Origin: an uncultured Pseudomonadota bacterium
GTDB lineage: Bacteria > Pseudomonadota > Alphaproteobacteria > Rs-D84
Length of the DNA stretch: 64,000 nt
Assembly: GCA_947307295.1 (NCBI GenBank)
Contig: CAMZIQ010000003.1
Location: 2,743 to 66,742, forward strand
Reading direction: 5' to 3'
This document shows, one piece after another, positions 61,738 through 64,000 of the stretch. Numbering within the stretch: the stretch's first letter is position 1; each line of letters begins with the position of its first letter. The position numbers and the translations under genes were made by a program. The notes under the pieces are model-generated. The model saw only the letters and a program-made list of their open reading frames with translations, made no database searches and was not told the origin of the DNA.

Positions 61738-63716
61738 AAAATAAGTTTTTAAATATAATTGGAATCATAGCCGTATGTATAGCGGTTTTGTTCACGATAC
61801 TGTTTACAAAGGAGAAAGTAATGCAAGTTGGCATAAAAACAGAAAATATGGATATGAATGTAAAACCTGGGAATGATTTTTACGATTTTGCAACATCTGG
61901 TTGGCGTAAAAACAATCCGATTCCTGATGATTATACACGTTATGGTTCTTTTGAAGTATTAATTGATGAAAACAATAAACGCGTTCGAGATATTGTTGAA
62001 AATGATGATGGAAAAATAGGATTGCTTTATAAAATCGCAATGGACGAACAAAAATTAAATGCAGATAAAACAACACCGGTTCAAAAATATTTAAAAGAAA
62101 TAGATAACATAAAAACAAAAAGCGATTTGCCAAAATATTTGGGTAAAATGCATAAGTTTGCATCTGCGTTTTGGGGGGATGCTGTTGCGCTGGATGAAAT
62201 GGACAGCAACCATTATCTTTATAACCTAGGACAATCTGGTTTGGGTTTAAGTCGTGATTATTATTTTGACGATGATGCAAAATCAAAACAAGTTCGCAAA
62301 AAATACAAAGAATATATAAAAGCGCAAATGGATAATTTTGGTGTTGATGTAGATGTCACAAAATTGTATGCGTTGGAAGAACGTATGGCTAAATCTTTTT
62401 ATAAAAAAGAAAAACTGCGTGACCCATTGGCTAATTACCATAAAAAATCATATAGTGAATTCAAAGATGAATTTACTGGTTTTGATTGGGATATTTATTT
62501 TGATGCGCGTGGCGTAAGACCTGAATATTTGAATATAGCTCAGATTGAACCTATCAAAGAATCAGTCGCGATTATTAATGATACGGATTTGAATTTAATC
62601 AAAACATATTTAAAGTTTAAAATTGTTAATGAATCAGCGTCTTTTTTGGACGACAAAACTTATGATTTAGCATTTGATTTTTACAATCGTGAAATGGGCG
62701 GTCAAAAAGAACCTAAACCACGCTGGAAAAGGGCGGTTAGCATGATAAACGGTTCTTTGGGTGAAATGGTTGGACAATTATACGTGCAAAAATATTTTTC
62801 AAAACAAGCAAAACATCGTATGGAAAATTTAGTAAAAAATTTACAACGTGCTTATGAATCAAGAATTCAAAATTTGACTTGGATGAGTGATGATACAAAA
62901 GAACAAGCAATAAAAAAACTTCATACGTTCAAGGCAAAAATCGGATACCCAGATAAATGGCGCGATTATTCAAAGTTGGAAATCAAAAATGATTCTTTGT
63001 TTGAAAATATGATGCGTGTTAGTGTTTTTGAAGATGCTTTTTGGTTGGAAAAAACAGGCAAAGAAAAAGACCCAACTATTTGGTATATGAATGCTCACGA
63101 AGTAAATGCTTATTATGATCCATCTACAAACGAAATATGTTTTCCTGCTGGGATTTTACAGTACCCATACTTTGATATGAATGCGGATGATGCGTTTAAT
63201 TATGGTGCGATTGGTTCTGTGATTGGACACGAAATGACACATGGCTTTGATGACCAGGGAAGACATTTTGACAAAGACGGCAATATGAAAGATTGGTGGA
63301 ATGAAACAGATGCTACATTATTTACAGAACGCACAAATATTATGAAAGAACATTTTAATAATATTTTGGTTGCGCCGAACACTCATGCAAATGGTGAATT
63401 TACATTGGGTGAAAATTTGGCAGATTATGGTGGTATTACGATTGCTTTTGATGCGTATAAAAAGTTTGGTGAAAAATCAGAAGATGCAAATGGTTTTACT
63501 GCGGACCAAAGATTTTTTATTGCTTATGCTATGACAGAAACAGCCAATATTCGTGATGAAGAAATTTTACGTCGTACAAAAATGGATGAACATTCAATAG
63601 GGCGTTGGCGTGTAAATGGTATCTTGCCACATGTAGAAGCTTGGTACGAAACGTTCAATATTAATGAAAATGATGCTTTGTATGTTGCACCTGAAAAGCG
63701 TGTAAAATTATGGTAA
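61734..63716 (+). CDS. M13 family metallopeptidase (PepO/neprilysin-like)
   Basis: VNAYY, GHEMTHGFD, GENLAD. Confidence 0.95.
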   Translation: MKNKFLNIIGIIAVCIAVLFTILFTKEKVMQVGIKTENMDMNVKPGNDFYDFATSGWRKNNPIPDDYTRYGSFEVLIDENNKRVRDIVENDDGKIGLLYKIAMDEQKLNADKTTPVQKYLKEIDNIKTKSDLPKYLGKMHKFASAFWGDAVALDEMDSNHYLYNLGQSGLGLSRDYYFDDDAKSKQVRKKYKEYIKAQMDNFGVDVDVTKLYALEERMAKSFYKKEKLRDPLANYHKKSYSEFKDEFTGFDWDIYFDARGVRPEYLNIAQIEPIKESVAIINDTDLNLIKTYLKFKIVNESASFLDDKTYDLAFDFYNREMGGQKEPKPRWKRAVSMINGSLGEMVGQLYVQKYFSKQAKHRMENLVKNLQRAYESRIQNLTWMSDDTKEQAIKKLHTFKAKIGYPDKWRDYSKLEIKNDSLFENMMRVSVFEDAFWLEKTGKEKDPTIWYMNAHEVNAYYDPSTNEICFPAGILQYPYFDMNADDAFNYGAIGSVIGHEMTHGFDDQGRHFDKDGNMKDWWNETDATLFTERTNIMKEHFNNILVAPNTHANGEFTLGENLADYGGITIAFDAYKKFGEKSEDANGFTADQRFFIAYAMTETANIRDEEILRRTKMDEHSIGRWRVNGILPHVEAWYETFNINENDALYVAPEKRVKLW

Positions 63717-63718
63717 AT

Positions 63719-63747
63719 TTAAAAACCGCCATAACGGCGGTTTTTAA
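63719..63747. terminator. Bidirectional terminator
   Basis: AAAAACCGCC-ATAAC-GGCGGTTTTT. Confidence 0.85.
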
Positions 63748-63752
63748 AATAA

Positions 63753-64000
63753 TTATTTCAAAGCAACTGTTTTTCTAAAAGTTGTGCTTGGACGAAAAGT
63801 TGCCACACGACGTGCAGATATAACCGCCGGGATACCAGTTTTTGGATTGCGTCCGATACGTGCAGATTTAGACAATATTTTAAATGTTCCGAATCCAGTT
63901 ATTTTGACATCTTCGCCATTAATCAAAGATTGTTCTATTTCATCAAAAATAATATCTATCATTTTATAGGAATCAGCAGCAGATAAACCAAAACGGTCTC
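63753..64000 (-). CDS. ihfA: Integration host factor alpha / HU family protein (5' end beyond window)
   Basis: VKITGFGTF, RIGRNPKTG, RRVATFRPS; frame open to the window edge. Confidence 0.8.
   Translation of the reverse strand, partial: DRFGLSAADSYKMIDIIFDEIEQSLINGEDVKITGFGTFKILSKSARIGRNPKTGIPAVISARRVATFRPSTTFRKTVALK

Overview
Low-GC, gene-dense chromosomal segment of an alphaproteobacterium. GapR/DUF2312, OlsB-OlsA, the alpha-type L10 leader and the rpoBC sequences support the class. The fermentative genes and the many orphans suggest an uncultured host- or gut-associated lineage such as Rs-D84/'Ca. Enterousia'; this placement is inference. Positions 1-3.5 kb are the end of an integrative element inserted at tRNA-Gln(TTG), carrying a C4/CI-like structured leader, an ApeA-like HEPN protein and a DUF6538-type tyrosine integrase. 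The rest is mostly housekeeping: MarR-TolC-adaptor-RND efflux, rplU-rpmA, rmuC, def-fmt-truA, comEC, pyrG, pyk, recR-rsmA-kef-lspA-yidC, tRNA-Trp-secE-nusG-rplKAJL-rpoBC, rpmF-plsX, mraZ, ldh, pta-like, olsBA, mltB, hemW, an M13 peptidase and partial ihfA. Four oddities stand out. (1) A 1.15-kb cassette behind rpmA is bracketed by a duplicated 33/34-bp terminator. It contains an (AC)7 microsatellite in a 20-codon leader ORF; one repeat slip would extend the ORF across an internal terminator to stop exactly at the next gene's ribosome-binding site, suggesting an SSR-driven attenuation switch. (2) A virB8-virB9-virB10 cluster with no other T4SS genes in the window, where VirB9 is fused to a SPOR domain and VirB10 has extra N- and C-terminal domains. 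(3) Two prolyl-tRNA synthetases of different types in tandem directly behind olsBA. (4) A GC-rich REP-like element. All calls come from reading motifs by eye; no database searches were run.
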